64,000 bases of DNA from an uncultured bacterium (lineage in GTDB: Bacteria; Bacillota_I; Bacilli_A; RFN20; CAG-826): positions 456,107 through 520,106 of the forward strand of contig CASDYC010000001.1 in the NCBI GenBank assembly GCA_949285665.1, given 5' to 3'. A program made the position numbers and the translations under genes. The notes under the pieces are model-generated. The model had not been told where the DNA came from. It ran no database searches and saw only the letters and a list, made by a program, of their open reading frames with translations. Below, piece by piece: positions 29,868 to 38,857 of the stretch. Each line of letters starts with the position of its first letter. Positions within the stretch are counted from its first letter, which is position 1.

Positions 29868-31274
29868 TTATTTATTTTTAGATTTAATATATTCGTCAAT
29901 TGCTTTAGCTGCTTTTTTACCAGCACCCATTGCAAGAATAACAGTTGCAGCACCAGTTACTGCATCACCACCAGCATAAACGCCGACTCTTGATGTTTCT
30001 CCAGTTTCTTCTTTTGCAATAATACAACCATGATCATTTGTTTCTAATCCTTTAGTTGTCTTTTTAATTAATGGATTTGGTGAGGTACCTAAAGCCATAA
30101 TTAAGCAATCAATTGGTAAAACGTATTCACTACCTTCAACTGGAACTGGTCTTCTTCTACCAGATGCATCTGGTTCTCCTAATTCCATTTTAATTACTTT
30201 AACACCACAAACATGTCCATTTTCATCACCTAATACTTCAACCGGATTATTTAAAGTATCAAAAATAATTCCTTCTTCTTGAGCGTGATGAATTTCTTCT
30301 TTTCTAGCAGGCATTTCTTCAATGTCTCTTCTATAAATAATATGGACTTCTGCTCCTAATCTTAATGCACATCTTGCAGCATCCATTGCAACGTTGCCAC
30401 CACCAACTACTGCAACAACTTTCGAGTGAGCAATTGGAGTTTCACTATCTTCTTTGTAAGCTTTCATTAAGTTAGTTCTTGTTAAAAATTCATTAGCACT
30501 ATAAACACCATTTAAATTTTCACCTTTAATTCCCATAAATTTTGGAAGTCCAGCACCTGAACCAACAAATACAGCCTCAAATCCTTGTTCAAACAATTCG
30601 TCAATTGTAATAGTTCTTCCAATAACGGTATCAGTGTAAACTTTAACACCTAAATCAATTAAGTTTTCAACTTCTTTTTGAACAATAACTTTTGGAAGTC
30701 TGAATTCTGGAATACCATAAACTAAGACACCACCTGCTTTATGTAAAGCTTCAAAGACTGAAACTTCATAACCTAATTTAGCTAAGTCACCAGCACAAGT
30801 TAATCCACTTGGGCCAGCACCAACAATTGCAACTTTATGACCATTTGATTGAGGTTTTACAGCTTTTTCAGTTGAATTATTCATATGCCAATCAGCAACG
30901 AATCTTTCAAGTCTTCCAATTCCAACTGGTTCTCTATTAGGGCCTTTTCCTCTTACACATCTTGATTCACATTGACTTTCTTGAGGACAGACTCTACCAC
31001 AAACAGCTGGAAGAGAGCTTGATTTATGAATTATTTTATAAGCACCTTCGTAATCTTTTTCTTTAATTTTTGCAATAAAGTTTGGAATGTCAATTGAAAC
31101 AGGACATCCTTCAACACAAAGTGGTTTTGGACAATGTAAACATCTATTAGCTTCATCTAAAGCTAATTCTTCTGTATAACCTAATGCAACTTCTTTAAAA
31201 TTTTTAGCTCTTTCTTTTGGATGTTGACTTGGCATTTTGTTTTTGTCAGGTCTCATGTTAAATTTTGCTGGCAT
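29868..31274 (-). CDS. nfnB: NADPH-dependent GltD-family oxidoreductase (NfnB/SudA-like large subunit)
   Basis: Two [4Fe-4S] motifs (CLHCPKPLCVEGCP and CGRVCPQESQCESRC). FAD and NAD(P) Rossmann folds (VAIVGAGPSGLTCA and VAVVGGGNVAMD). Confidence 0.7.
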   Translation of the reverse strand: MPAKFNMRPDKNKMPSQHPKERAKNFKEVALGYTEELALDEANRCLHCPKPLCVEGCPVSIDIPNFIAKIKEKDYEGAYKIIHKSSSLPAVCGRVCPQESQCESRCVRGKGPNREPVGIGRLERFVADWHMNNSTEKAVKPQSNGHKVAIVGAGPSGLTCAGDLAKLGYEVSVFEALHKAGGVLVYGIPEFRLPKVIVQKEVENLIDLGVKVYTDTVIGRTITIDELFEQGFEAVFVGSGAGLPKFMGIKGENLNGVYSANEFLTRTNLMKAYKEDSETPIAHSKVVAVVGGGNVAMDAARCALRLGAEVHIIYRRDIEEMPARKEEIHHAQEEGIIFDTLNNPVEVLGDENGHVCGVKVIKMELGEPDASGRRRPVPVEGSEYVLPIDCLIMALGTSPNPLIKKTTKGLETNDHGCIIAKEETGETSRVGVYAGGDAVTGAATVILAMGAGKKAAKAIDEYIKSKNK

Positions 31275-31276
31275 AA

Positions 31277-32119
31277 TTATTTGACCTCCTTTTTAAATAA
31301 ATTACAGGTCTCTTCGTATTTCTTTCTTTCAAAATCACGATACATTTTATTTCTATTGATGGCTTCATCAAAATCAACTTCATGGCCATCAAAATCTGGT
31401 CCATCAACACAAGCAAATTTGACTTTACCACCAACTGTTAATCTACAGCAACCACACATTCCAGTTCCATCAATCATAATTGGGTTTATGGAAACAACAG
31501 TTTTGACGTTGTATTTCTTTGTTAATAAACAAACAAATTTCATCATAATGAGTGGTCCAATACAGATAACTCTATCAAATTTTTCACCTTTTTTGAGTAA
31601 TTCTTCTAAAGCGTTAGTTACTAAACCTTTTGTTCCTACACTTCCATCATCAGACATCAAAATATATTCATCTGATACTTCTTTAAATTCATCTTCTAAA
31701 ATTACTAAATCTTTATTTCTAAAACCAACAATAGAAGTAACTTTTGCACCATTTTCATGTAAAGCTCTAGCAACTGGAAGAGCAATTGCACAACCAGCAC
31801 CGCCACCAATTACACAAACTTTATTAAATCCTTCTACTTCGCTTGGTTCACCTAATGGACCTACAAAATCTTGTAAATAATCTCCAACTTGTTTGTGTGC
31901 CAATAACAATGTTGAACCACCAACAACTTGGAAAATAATTTCAACAGTACCTTCTTTTTTATTTGTACCAGCTACTGTTAAAGGAATTCTTTCACCTTCT
32001 TCATTAACTCTTAAAATGATAAATTGTCCAGCTTTAGCTTTATTTGCAACTAAAGGAGCTTCAATATCCATCATTATAACAGTTGGATTTAAATCTCTAC
32101 GTCTTACAATTTTAAACAT
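31277..32119 (-). CDS. nfnA: PyrK/FNR-like electron-transfer subunit with a C-terminal [2Fe-2S] cluster (NfnA/SudB-like)
   Basis: FAD/NAD-binding barrel and Rossmann fold (VCVIGGGAGCAI). Cluster cysteines GMCGCCRLTVGGKVKFACVDGP. It lies 2 nt upstream of the GltD-like gene. Confidence 0.7.
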   Translation of the reverse strand: MFKIVRRRDLNPTVIMMDIEAPLVANKAKAGQFIILRVNEEGERIPLTVAGTNKKEGTVEIIFQVVGGSTLLLAHKQVGDYLQDFVGPLGEPSEVEGFNKVCVIGGGAGCAIALPVARALHENGAKVTSIVGFRNKDLVILEDEFKEVSDEYILMSDDGSVGTKGLVTNALEELLKKGEKFDRVICIGPLIMMKFVCLLTKKYNVKTVVSINPIMIDGTGMCGCCRLTVGGKVKFACVDGPDFDGHEVDFDEAINRNKMYRDFERKKYEETCNLFKKEVK

Positions 32120-32191
32120 AATAAAACCATCCTTTACAAATAATATTTTATAACTTATTGACTAATTTTAATATAAAAAATTTAATAAAAC

Positions 32192-32221
32192 TATATAAAA
32201 AGAGACAACTTTCGTCGCCCC
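32192..32221 (-). terminator. Terminator of the Fe-ADH gene with a GNRA tetraloop
   Basis: On the minus strand the RNA GGGGCGAC-GAAA-GUUGUCUC forms an 8-bp stem (three G-U pairs) with a GAAA loop, followed by UUUUUAU. Confidence 0.55.
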
Positions 32222-32275
32222 TTTTTTATGTATTCGTGTATTATTTAAAATTATATGTTTTTTGGAAAAAATTAA

Positions 32276-33460
32276 TTAGAAATCAACTTTTTGTCCGTAG
32301 TAACAATAAGTTAATAATTTTTCCATTTCTTCTTGGCTAGGTTGTCTTGGATTGCTACCTGTACATGCATCAGCAATTGCATTTTTAGCAATATCATGAA
32401 CTTTAGCTTTGAATTCATCTTCTGGAACCATTCCATTATTGAAATCTTTAATACAAGCTGGAATGTTTAAAATCTTATTGTAGTCTTCAATTTTCTTACA
32501 AAGTGCTTCAATTTTGTTTTCTGCACTACCAACGATACCACATGCTTCAGCAATTTCTACATATCTTGCAGCAGCAACTGGGTTTTTAGAATTGAATCTA
32601 ATAACGTTTGGTAAATACATAGCATTAGCACATCCATGTGGAATATGACCATTTTTAAATGCTGCACCAGTTTTGTGAGCCATTGAGTGGACAATACCAA
32701 GTAATGCATTAGAGAATGCCATACCTGCTAAACATTGAGCATTGTGCATTTGATCTCTTGCGACGTGGCATCCATTGTATGAATCTGGTAAATATTCAAA
32801 AACCATTTTAATAGCTTGCATTGCAAGTGGATCTGTATAAACACTGTGAACTGTTGAAACATAAGCTTCAATAGCATGTGTTAAAGCATCCATACCTGTA
32901 TAAGCTGTTAAGCTTTGTGGCATTGAATAAGCAATTTCTGGATCAACAATAGCGACATCTGGAGTAATATTGAAGTCTGCTAATGGATATTTAATACCTT
33001 TCTTATAATCTGTAATAACAGCAAATGCTGTAACTTCAGTAGCTGTACCGCTTGTAGAAGAAATAGCACAGAATTTTGCTTTAGTTCTTAATGTTGGGAA
33101 TGAGAATGGTGTAATTAAATCTTCAAATTTAACATTTGGATATTCATAGAATGCCCACATAGCTTTTGCAGCATCAATTGGGGATCCTCCACCAATAGAA
33201 ACAATCCAATCAGGATTGAATTTTCTCATTGCTTCAGCGCCTCTGTAGACAGTTTCAACACTTGGATCTGGTTCAACACCATCAAAAACTTCTACTTCCA
33301 TACCAGCTTCTTTAAGATAATTAACTGTTTTATCTAAGAAACCAGTTTTTTTCATTGAATGACCACCAGTTACAACAATAGCTCTGCTACCTTTTAAATT
33401 TTTAAGTTCAGCTAATGAACCAGCGCCATAATAAACATCTCTTGGTAATGTAAAACGCAT
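32276..33460 (-). CDS. Iron-containing (group III) alcohol dehydrogenase
   Basis: Fe-ADH signatures GGGSPIDAAKA and the His cluster HSMAHKTGAAF..HG. 394 aa. Confidence 0.8.
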   Translation of the reverse strand: MRFTLPRDVYYGAGSLAELKNLKGSRAIVVTGGHSMKKTGFLDKTVNYLKEAGMEVEVFDGVEPDPSVETVYRGAEAMRKFNPDWIVSIGGGSPIDAAKAMWAFYEYPNVKFEDLITPFSFPTLRTKAKFCAISSTSGTATEVTAFAVITDYKKGIKYPLADFNITPDVAIVDPEIAYSMPQSLTAYTGMDALTHAIEAYVSTVHSVYTDPLAMQAIKMVFEYLPDSYNGCHVARDQMHNAQCLAGMAFSNALLGIVHSMAHKTGAAFKNGHIPHGCANAMYLPNVIRFNSKNPVAAARYVEIAEACGIVGSAENKIEALCKKIEDYNKILNIPACIKDFNNGMVPEDEFKAKVHDIAKNAIADACTGSNPRQPSQEEMEKLLTYCYYGQKVDF

Positions 33461-33503
33461 AAATTAATTTTTCCTCCTTATTTTACATAATAACCAGTTT
33501 TGA

Positions 33504-33525
33504 TTGTTATATATTTATATAACAA
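33504..33525. promoter_or_regulatory. 22-bp palindrome TTGTTATATA-TT-TATATAACAA in the Fe-ADH promoter region, a candidate operator
   Basis: Perfect 10-bp inverted arms. The outer half-sites TTGTTA/TAACAA resemble clostridial Rex half-sites, but the spacing is not canonical. It lies about 45 nt upstream of the ADH start codon. Confidence 0.35.
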
Positions 33526-33659
33526 CAGGATTTTCCTGCCTTAAATATTATATAAAAAAATTATAAATAAGTATAGAATTAAGTATTTTTTTACCGATTA
33601 ATTTTTGTCAAAAATTAACAATTATTACTATAAAATATAATATAGATTTATAGTATAAT

Positions 33660-34223
33660 ATGAAAAGTATGAAAATAATGATTTTTGGATACAGTGGTTC
33701 TGGAAAATCAACTGTTGCTAAGATTATTTCTGATCACATGCATTTACCACTTTTAACAACTGATAAAGCTTTATTTAATAGTAATTGGAAAAAGAAAAAT
33801 CATGAAGAAACAAATGGAATAATTCAAGATTTTATGAATAAAAATAAATGTTGGATTATTGAAGGAAATGCAACAAATAATTTATTTTTAGAACGCGGAC
33901 AAGCTGCTGACATTATTATTTTCATGAATTTTTCAAGATTTGTTTGTTATAAACAAGCTAAAAATAGAGCTAGATATTTTAAAAATAAACCAAGAGATAA
34001 CCGACCAAATGGTTGTAATGAAAAATTTAATTTATCATTTCAATTTTGGATTTTATTTACATCAAGAATTGGTGAAAATAAAAGAAAATATAAAAAATTA
34101 ATAGAATTAAATAAAAATAAGATTATTAACATTAAAAATCGAAAACAATTAGATAACTTTTTAAAAGATTTTTTAGAAAATAACGGAAAGGATGTTTTAA
34201 TAAATTATGAAAGAGAAAATTAA
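33660..34223 (+). CDS. P-loop NTPase of the topology-modulation (FlaR-like) or adenylate-kinase-like family
   Basis: N-terminal Walker A IFGYSGSGKSTVAK. A WIIEGN motif. About 187 aa. Confidence 0.5.
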   Translation: MKSMKIMIFGYSGSGKSTVAKIISDHMHLPLLTTDKALFNSNWKKKNHEETNGIIQDFMNKNKCWIIEGNATNNLFLERGQAADIIIFMNFSRFVCYKQAKNRARYFKNKPRDNRPNGCNEKFNLSFQFWILFTSRIGENKRKYKKLIELNKNKIINIKNRKQLDNFLKDFLENNGKDVLINYEREN

Positions 34224-35082
34224 AAATATTATTGAAAATAACTTAATTAAAAGAGATAAAAATTCTTTTAAAGGATCTTATGGAAAACTACTTGTTTATG
34301 GTGGTAGTAAAAATTATGTTGGAGCTCCAAAAATTGCCTGTCATGCCGCTTTAAGAAGTGGCGTTGGATATGTAACTTTTTTAAAAACAGATGTTAATAA
34401 GGATGTTAATAACTTTTATGATGAAGTAACTTATTTAAATTATGAATCTAAAACATTTATAAGTAATATTTCAAAATATAATGCAATATTATTTGGAAAT
34501 GGACTTGAAAATAACTTATTTAATAGAAATTTATTAAAAGATATCATAAAAAACTATAAAAATAATTTAGTAATTGATGCAACCGGTATTGATATATTAA
34601 AAAGTCTTGGTTTTGATGTTTTAAAAAATAAACAATGTAATATCATAATTACACCTCATATCGGAGAATTTAAAAGACTTTTTAATATAAATATTGACTC
34701 AAATGATGTTTTTAATTTTGCAAATGAAGTTAACAAAATGTCAAATAATTATGATATTTCTATAATTCTAAAAAGTTTTAACTGCTTAATTGCAAGTAAA
34801 AATAAATCAAGAATTATTGAAGGCAAATCTCCATCTCTTGCAAAAGCTGGAACTGGCGATGCACTAGCTGGAATAATTGCAAGTTTAATTTCATATATAA
34901 ATGAAGATATTTTAGATATTTTAGAGACTTCTTATACAATTTTATTAATTTCTTCAAAAGATTTAGAATCTAAAAAAGCCTGCGGATCCTTAATAATTTC
35001 TGATATTATTGAAAATATTCCTCAAAGTTTATTTAATGCAATTAAAAAAGAAAATAACTTAATTAAAAAACCACCAAATTAA
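34207..35082 (+). CDS. nnrD: ADP-dependent (S)-NAD(P)H-hydrate dehydratase (YjeF C-terminal domain)
   Basis: Carbohydrate-kinase-like motifs GSKNYVGAPKIA, TPHIGEF and KAGTGDALAGIIASL. Confidence 0.7.
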   Translation: MKEKIKNIIENNLIKRDKNSFKGSYGKLLVYGGSKNYVGAPKIACHAALRSGVGYVTFLKTDVNKDVNNFYDEVTYLNYESKTFISNISKYNAILFGNGLENNLFNRNLLKDIIKNYKNNLVIDATGIDILKSLGFDVLKNKQCNIIITPHIGEFKRLFNINIDSNDVFNFANEVNKMSNNYDISIILKSFNCLIASKNKSRIIEGKSPSLAKAGTGDALAGIIASLISYINEDILDILETSYTILLISSKDLESKKACGSLIISDIIENIPQSLFNAIKKENNLIKKPPN

Positions 35083-35095
35083 TTAAGACAACAAT

Positions 35096-35650
35096 TTAGT
35101 GGTTTTCTTCACTTTTATTTTCGTTTTCTTTTTCAATTTCTGATTCTAGATAATCATAATAATAATCAATTATTTTTAAATCATCGAAAGGGAATATTCT
35201 TTTTTCCATTAATTTTTTAATTTCGGTTATCGTATTTTTTAAAATCGCATCAATTTTTGGATTGTAATGAAATAAGGTTTTATGATTTTCATATTCATTT
35301 ATGTCAATCAATTTAATTTCATTTTTATAATTAAATTTCATATCTAAATCATAATCGACATATTTTATTACACCATTTTCTAAAATTGGAGGGGAAGCCA
35401 AATTGACATAATATCCAACAAATGGATCTTTTAGCATTGCAATAACGTTAAACCATTTATTTTTTGGAAAGATTGTAATTGCTGGTTCTTTTGCTTTCCA
35501 TTCTCTACCATTTCCTTCAAAAACGAGAGCTTTTTTAGAAAGCAAAACAAAATAGTCTTCATTATTTTCAATTAAATATGACTTTTTCCAAGTTCTATGA
35601 AGACTTCCATCATGCTTATAGCATTTTACAATTACTTCGTTTTTTCGCAT
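35096..35650 (-). CDS. DUF402 (Ntdp/FomD-like nucleoside di- and triphosphatase family) protein
   Basis: 184 aa. The FVGYYVNLASPP and KYVDYDLD pattern resembles the DUF402 family. The call rests on memory only. Confidence 0.45.
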   Translation of the reverse strand: MRKNEVIVKCYKHDGSLHRTWKKSYLIENNEDYFVLLSKKALVFEGNGREWKAKEPAITIFPKNKWFNVIAMLKDPFVGYYVNLASPPILENGVIKYVDYDLDMKFNYKNEIKLIDINEYENHKTLFHYNPKIDAILKNTITEIKKLMEKRIFPFDDLKIIDYYYDYLESEIEKENENKSEENH

Positions 35651-36798
35651 TATTTTTCTTCTTTATAAATTTCTTTTACCTTTTCATTTAAATATTCAAT
35701 TAATTCAAAAGCTAAATTTGTTTCAACTTTAAGTCTTTCAATTGCTTTATAATTAATTGTTTCTTTATAATTATCAGCAACTCTCATTATTGAATCATTA
35801 TAATCAAGCGCAAATAAGACTTGTTTTGGAGTTATGGAAATAATAATATCTAATAAATCATTATCATATTTAAATTCATCAAGTTTAGATAAAAATTGAG
35901 AAGTAATAATTAATTTAGCTTTATTTAAATTTGAATAAACTTTTAAATTATTTCTTTCAATTATTGTATCTAATCCATCAATATCATTGACAGAATATAC
36001 TAAATCATTTTTACTTCTAATTTGAAGTAAAATTCTACCTGGTAAATCAACTTCATTTTCAACAACTAAAACTCTTCCTAAAAAAATAGAAACTAACTTC
36101 TTTTCCCCATTTCTTTGCATTGAAACTTCACTATATGAAATATTGCTTCCTTCTTGGTTTAAGTTTTTATAACAAACTCCAACAACATTTCTTGAACCCA
36201 TATTTGCAATATTAGTATAAATTCTTGCATTAGAAACTACTTCTTTATTTAAATTTCCACCTGTATTTAAGGTTACATTAGAATATTTTTCTTTATCATC
36301 AAAAATTAAATCAGTTGTTACTTGATAAAACTTTTTAGCATATTCTAAATATTTCTTTCTTAAATATTTTTTCCCAAGCCAAATATAAAGAAAAAGAGCA
36401 GCAACAAAAAGTATTACAAGACCTAAACCTAAACCTGATCCATATCCTTCAATTGGCATTACAAAAATATAGATTAATACAAAAACAATAATAACTACTG
36501 CAAATAAAGCATAATTAATATAGTTTATGATTTTACTAAGTTTTAAAAATTTAAGTCTATCTTTTTCTAAATCTATTGCATATTCTGGTGCATCTTGAGT
36601 TAAAGTAGATTTTTCATTTCCTGCGATTGCAAAACCTTCTTCATCAACTAATAATTTACTTGAAGAGTCAGGTTTTTCTTCTTGCAATTCTTCACTATTT
36701 TCTTCTAATTTAGTCTCAACTTCTTTTCCATTTTCAGTGTTTTCAACTAAACTTTCTTCTTTATTAATTTCTTGATTTTCGTCTTTTCTTTTTAACAT
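35650..36798 (-). CDS. Membrane protein with an acidic disordered N-terminus, two TM helices and a ~240-aa C-terminal domain
   Basis: The first ~90 aa are E/K-rich. Hydrophobic segments fall at about residues 92-142. Its stop overlaps the DUF402 start by 1 nt. Confidence 0.4.
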   Translation of the reverse strand: MLKRKDENQEINKEESLVENTENGKEVETKLEENSEELQEEKPDSSSKLLVDEEGFAIAGNEKSTLTQDAPEYAIDLEKDRLKFLKLSKIINYINYALFAVVIIVFVLIYIFVMPIEGYGSGLGLGLVILFVAALFLYIWLGKKYLRKKYLEYAKKFYQVTTDLIFDDKEKYSNVTLNTGGNLNKEVVSNARIYTNIANMGSRNVVGVCYKNLNQEGSNISYSEVSMQRNGEKKLVSIFLGRVLVVENEVDLPGRILLQIRSKNDLVYSVNDIDGLDTIIERNNLKVYSNLNKAKLIITSQFLSKLDEFKYDNDLLDIIISITPKQVLFALDYNDSIMRVADNYKETINYKAIERLKVETNLAFELIEYLNEKVKEIYKEEK

Positions 36799-36878
36799 AT
36801 TTAACCTCTAATAACTTAAAAATTTTAACACTTATTTTATATTAATAAAATAAAATTATTAGAGTACTATATCAAAAT

Positions 36879-38024
36879 TTATAAACTCTTATCACTATTA
36901 TCTTTGATTTCTTTGCTATTTTCTAATGTAGAATTTTCTTCTAAATTTTGATTTTCTAGTTCACTATTTTCTACTTCAGTATTTTCTTCTTCGCTTAATT
37001 TAATCGCTTTTAAGTTTAAATCATCTTGACTTGGTAAAACAGAATTAATCATAAATAATGGTTTAATATATAAAACAATTAAAACTGCAAGATTAATTGC
37101 TCCAGTTGGAAGTACATAAATTGCATTATAAATTAATGCGGCTCCAAATGTTGGAGTTTCTAAATCAGCAAGATAAAATACATAACTATCAATACTTGCA
37201 GCAAACCATCTAATTAAAGTTTGTCCAATAATCAAACCTGATAAAATTAATAAACCATACCAAGTAAAATGATCTTTTCCAATAATAAATTTTCTAAAAA
37301 TAGAAACAATCATTACACTTCCAAAAGCAATCATATATTCCATTGGGAATGTAAATAAACCATAACCATCTAAAACACAACTTAATAAACCATAAACTAA
37401 GCCACTAGCAATAAATGTTTTAGCTGGGCCATATCTTAAAGCGATCACAAATAAAGGAACAATTTGAAGATTAATACTTCCTCCGGTTGCTCCAAGTGGT
37501 ATTTTTAAATAATTTAATCCAAGTGCTAAAGCAACTAATACTGCAATTTCAGTCATACTTTTAACACTAAATACATCAGTTTTTCCTTCGGCACCAAATA
37601 GTAATAAGCAAGATAAAATTTCAAATACAGCAGCAAAAATAAATGTTGTTGTGTATTCAAAATTAAATTCTTCACTTATCATTCCAGGAGATTTTAAAAA
37701 ATTTGGAATTAAAAATAAACCAGCAACAATAACAAGAATTAATAAAGGGGTTATTCCTTTAATGTATTTTTTAAAAAACAATGAAATAGGAATCATAATT
37801 AATGAAACTACATTAAGAATGAAAATACATAATATAAATCCATTAAAATATTTCCCAAAAAACATTGAAGTACCTGAAATTTCTTCAATCACATCTTCTG
37901 TGGTTTCAAAAGATACTAGATTAAAAAAACTTAAAGTAAATCCAATTATCAAAAATAAAAAGGATAAGCAATAAAGAATAAATGATTGCAAATCCAAATG
38001 TAAGAATTCTAGTAATTTTTTCAT
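36879..38024 (-). CDS. ECF-type S-component-like membrane protein (ThiT-like thiamine or precursor transporter candidate) with extra N- and C-terminal regions
   Basis: The central region MTEIAVLVALALGLNYLKIPLGATGGSINLQIVPLFVIALRYGPAKTFIASGLVYGL is typical of ECF S components. A TPP riboswitch sits directly upstream. The start is moved to the ATG at 38022-38024, which is preceded by GGAGGTG. Confidence 0.5.
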   Translation of the reverse strand: MKKLLEFLHLDLQSFILYCLSFLFLIIGFTLSFFNLVSFETTEDVIEEISGTSMFFGKYFNGFILCIFILNVVSLIMIPISLFFKKYIKGITPLLILVIVAGLFLIPNFLKSPGMISEEFNFEYTTTFIFAAVFEILSCLLLFGAEGKTDVFSVKSMTEIAVLVALALGLNYLKIPLGATGGSINLQIVPLFVIALRYGPAKTFIASGLVYGLLSCVLDGYGLFTFPMEYMIAFGSVMIVSIFRKFIIGKDHFTWYGLLILSGLIIGQTLIRWFAASIDSYVFYLADLETPTFGAALIYNAIYVLPTGAINLAVLIVLYIKPLFMINSVLPSQDDLNLKAIKLSEEENTEVENSELENQNLEENSTLENSKEIKDNSDKSL

Positions 38025-38026
38025 AG

Positions 38027-38106
38027 TCACCTCCGCTAGCATTACCTAGATCAAGCATAGTTCAACTGAATCACAGTTGTCTCAGGCGAATTTATTCACC
38101 ACCCAA
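38027..38106 (-). promoter_or_regulatory. TPP (THI-box) riboswitch
   Basis: The minus-strand RNA reads GGUGGUGAAUAAAUUCGCCUGAGA-CAACUG-UGAUU-CAGUUG-AACUAUGCUUGAUCUAGGUAAUGCUAGCGGAGG. The pyrimidine-sensing CUGAGA motif, a P3 hairpin, and the pyrophosphate-sensing GAUCUAG-GUAAUGC-UAGCG-GAGG motif appear in the canonical order. The 3' end overlaps the SD GGAGG. Confidence 0.65.
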
Positions 38107-38191
38107 CAAAATTATAAATATTTAATCAAAAAAATTAAATAAAAAAATTTAAAATATACAAAATCAAATCAAAAATCTCTGCAAAACCTAA

Positions 38192-38857
38192 TTATTTTTG
38201 ATTTATATTCGCCCAATCAATCTCTTTTAAATTATGTTGTTTTAAAAAATTATTACACTTAATAAATACATTGCTATTAAACCAGCCACCTTTATTTGCA
38301 CTTAATGGACTTGGATGAGATGTTTTTAATACAAGATGATTTTTATTTTTAATTAATGGTTCAAGTTTTTGAGCCTCTCTTCCCCATAACATATAAACAA
38401 TTGGTTTATCTAATTGTTCAATAAAATTAATAACATCGATAAAAAAATTATCATACTGTTTAATTTTATGAGATAAAGCCATATGTGCTCTAACAGTTAG
38501 ATATTTATTTAAAAGTAAAACACCTTGCTTTGCAAGATATGTTAAATCTCCATCTTTTTTATTAATATTGCCAAATTCAATTTTAATTTCTTTATAAATA
38601 TTAATTAAACTTGGAGGAATTTCTACACTTTTATTAACACTAAAAGCTAACCCATTAGCTTGATTTTCTTCATGATATGGATCTTGACCAACAATTACAA
38701 CTTTTAAATCACTAACACTACAATAATCAAAACAAGCAAAAACTCTATTTCTTGGAGGATATATTATATGATTTTTGTATTCTATGTTTAAAAATTTATT
38801 AAGTTCAAGACAATAATCTTTGTTTTTTATATTTTTAAATAAATCAGTCCATTCCAT
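38192..38857 (-). CDS. ung: Uracil-DNA glycosylase (family 1)
   Basis: Family 1 UDG motifs VVIVGQDPYH and HPSPLS. 221 aa. Confidence 0.8.
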   Translation of the reverse strand: MEWTDLFKNIKNKDYCLELNKFLNIEYKNHIIYPPRNRVFACFDYCSVSDLKVVIVGQDPYHEENQANGLAFSVNKSVEIPPSLINIYKEIKIEFGNINKKDGDLTYLAKQGVLLLNKYLTVRAHMALSHKIKQYDNFFIDVINFIEQLDKPIVYMLWGREAQKLEPLIKNKNHLVLKTSHPSPLSANKGGWFNSNVFIKCNNFLKQHNLKEIDWANINQK

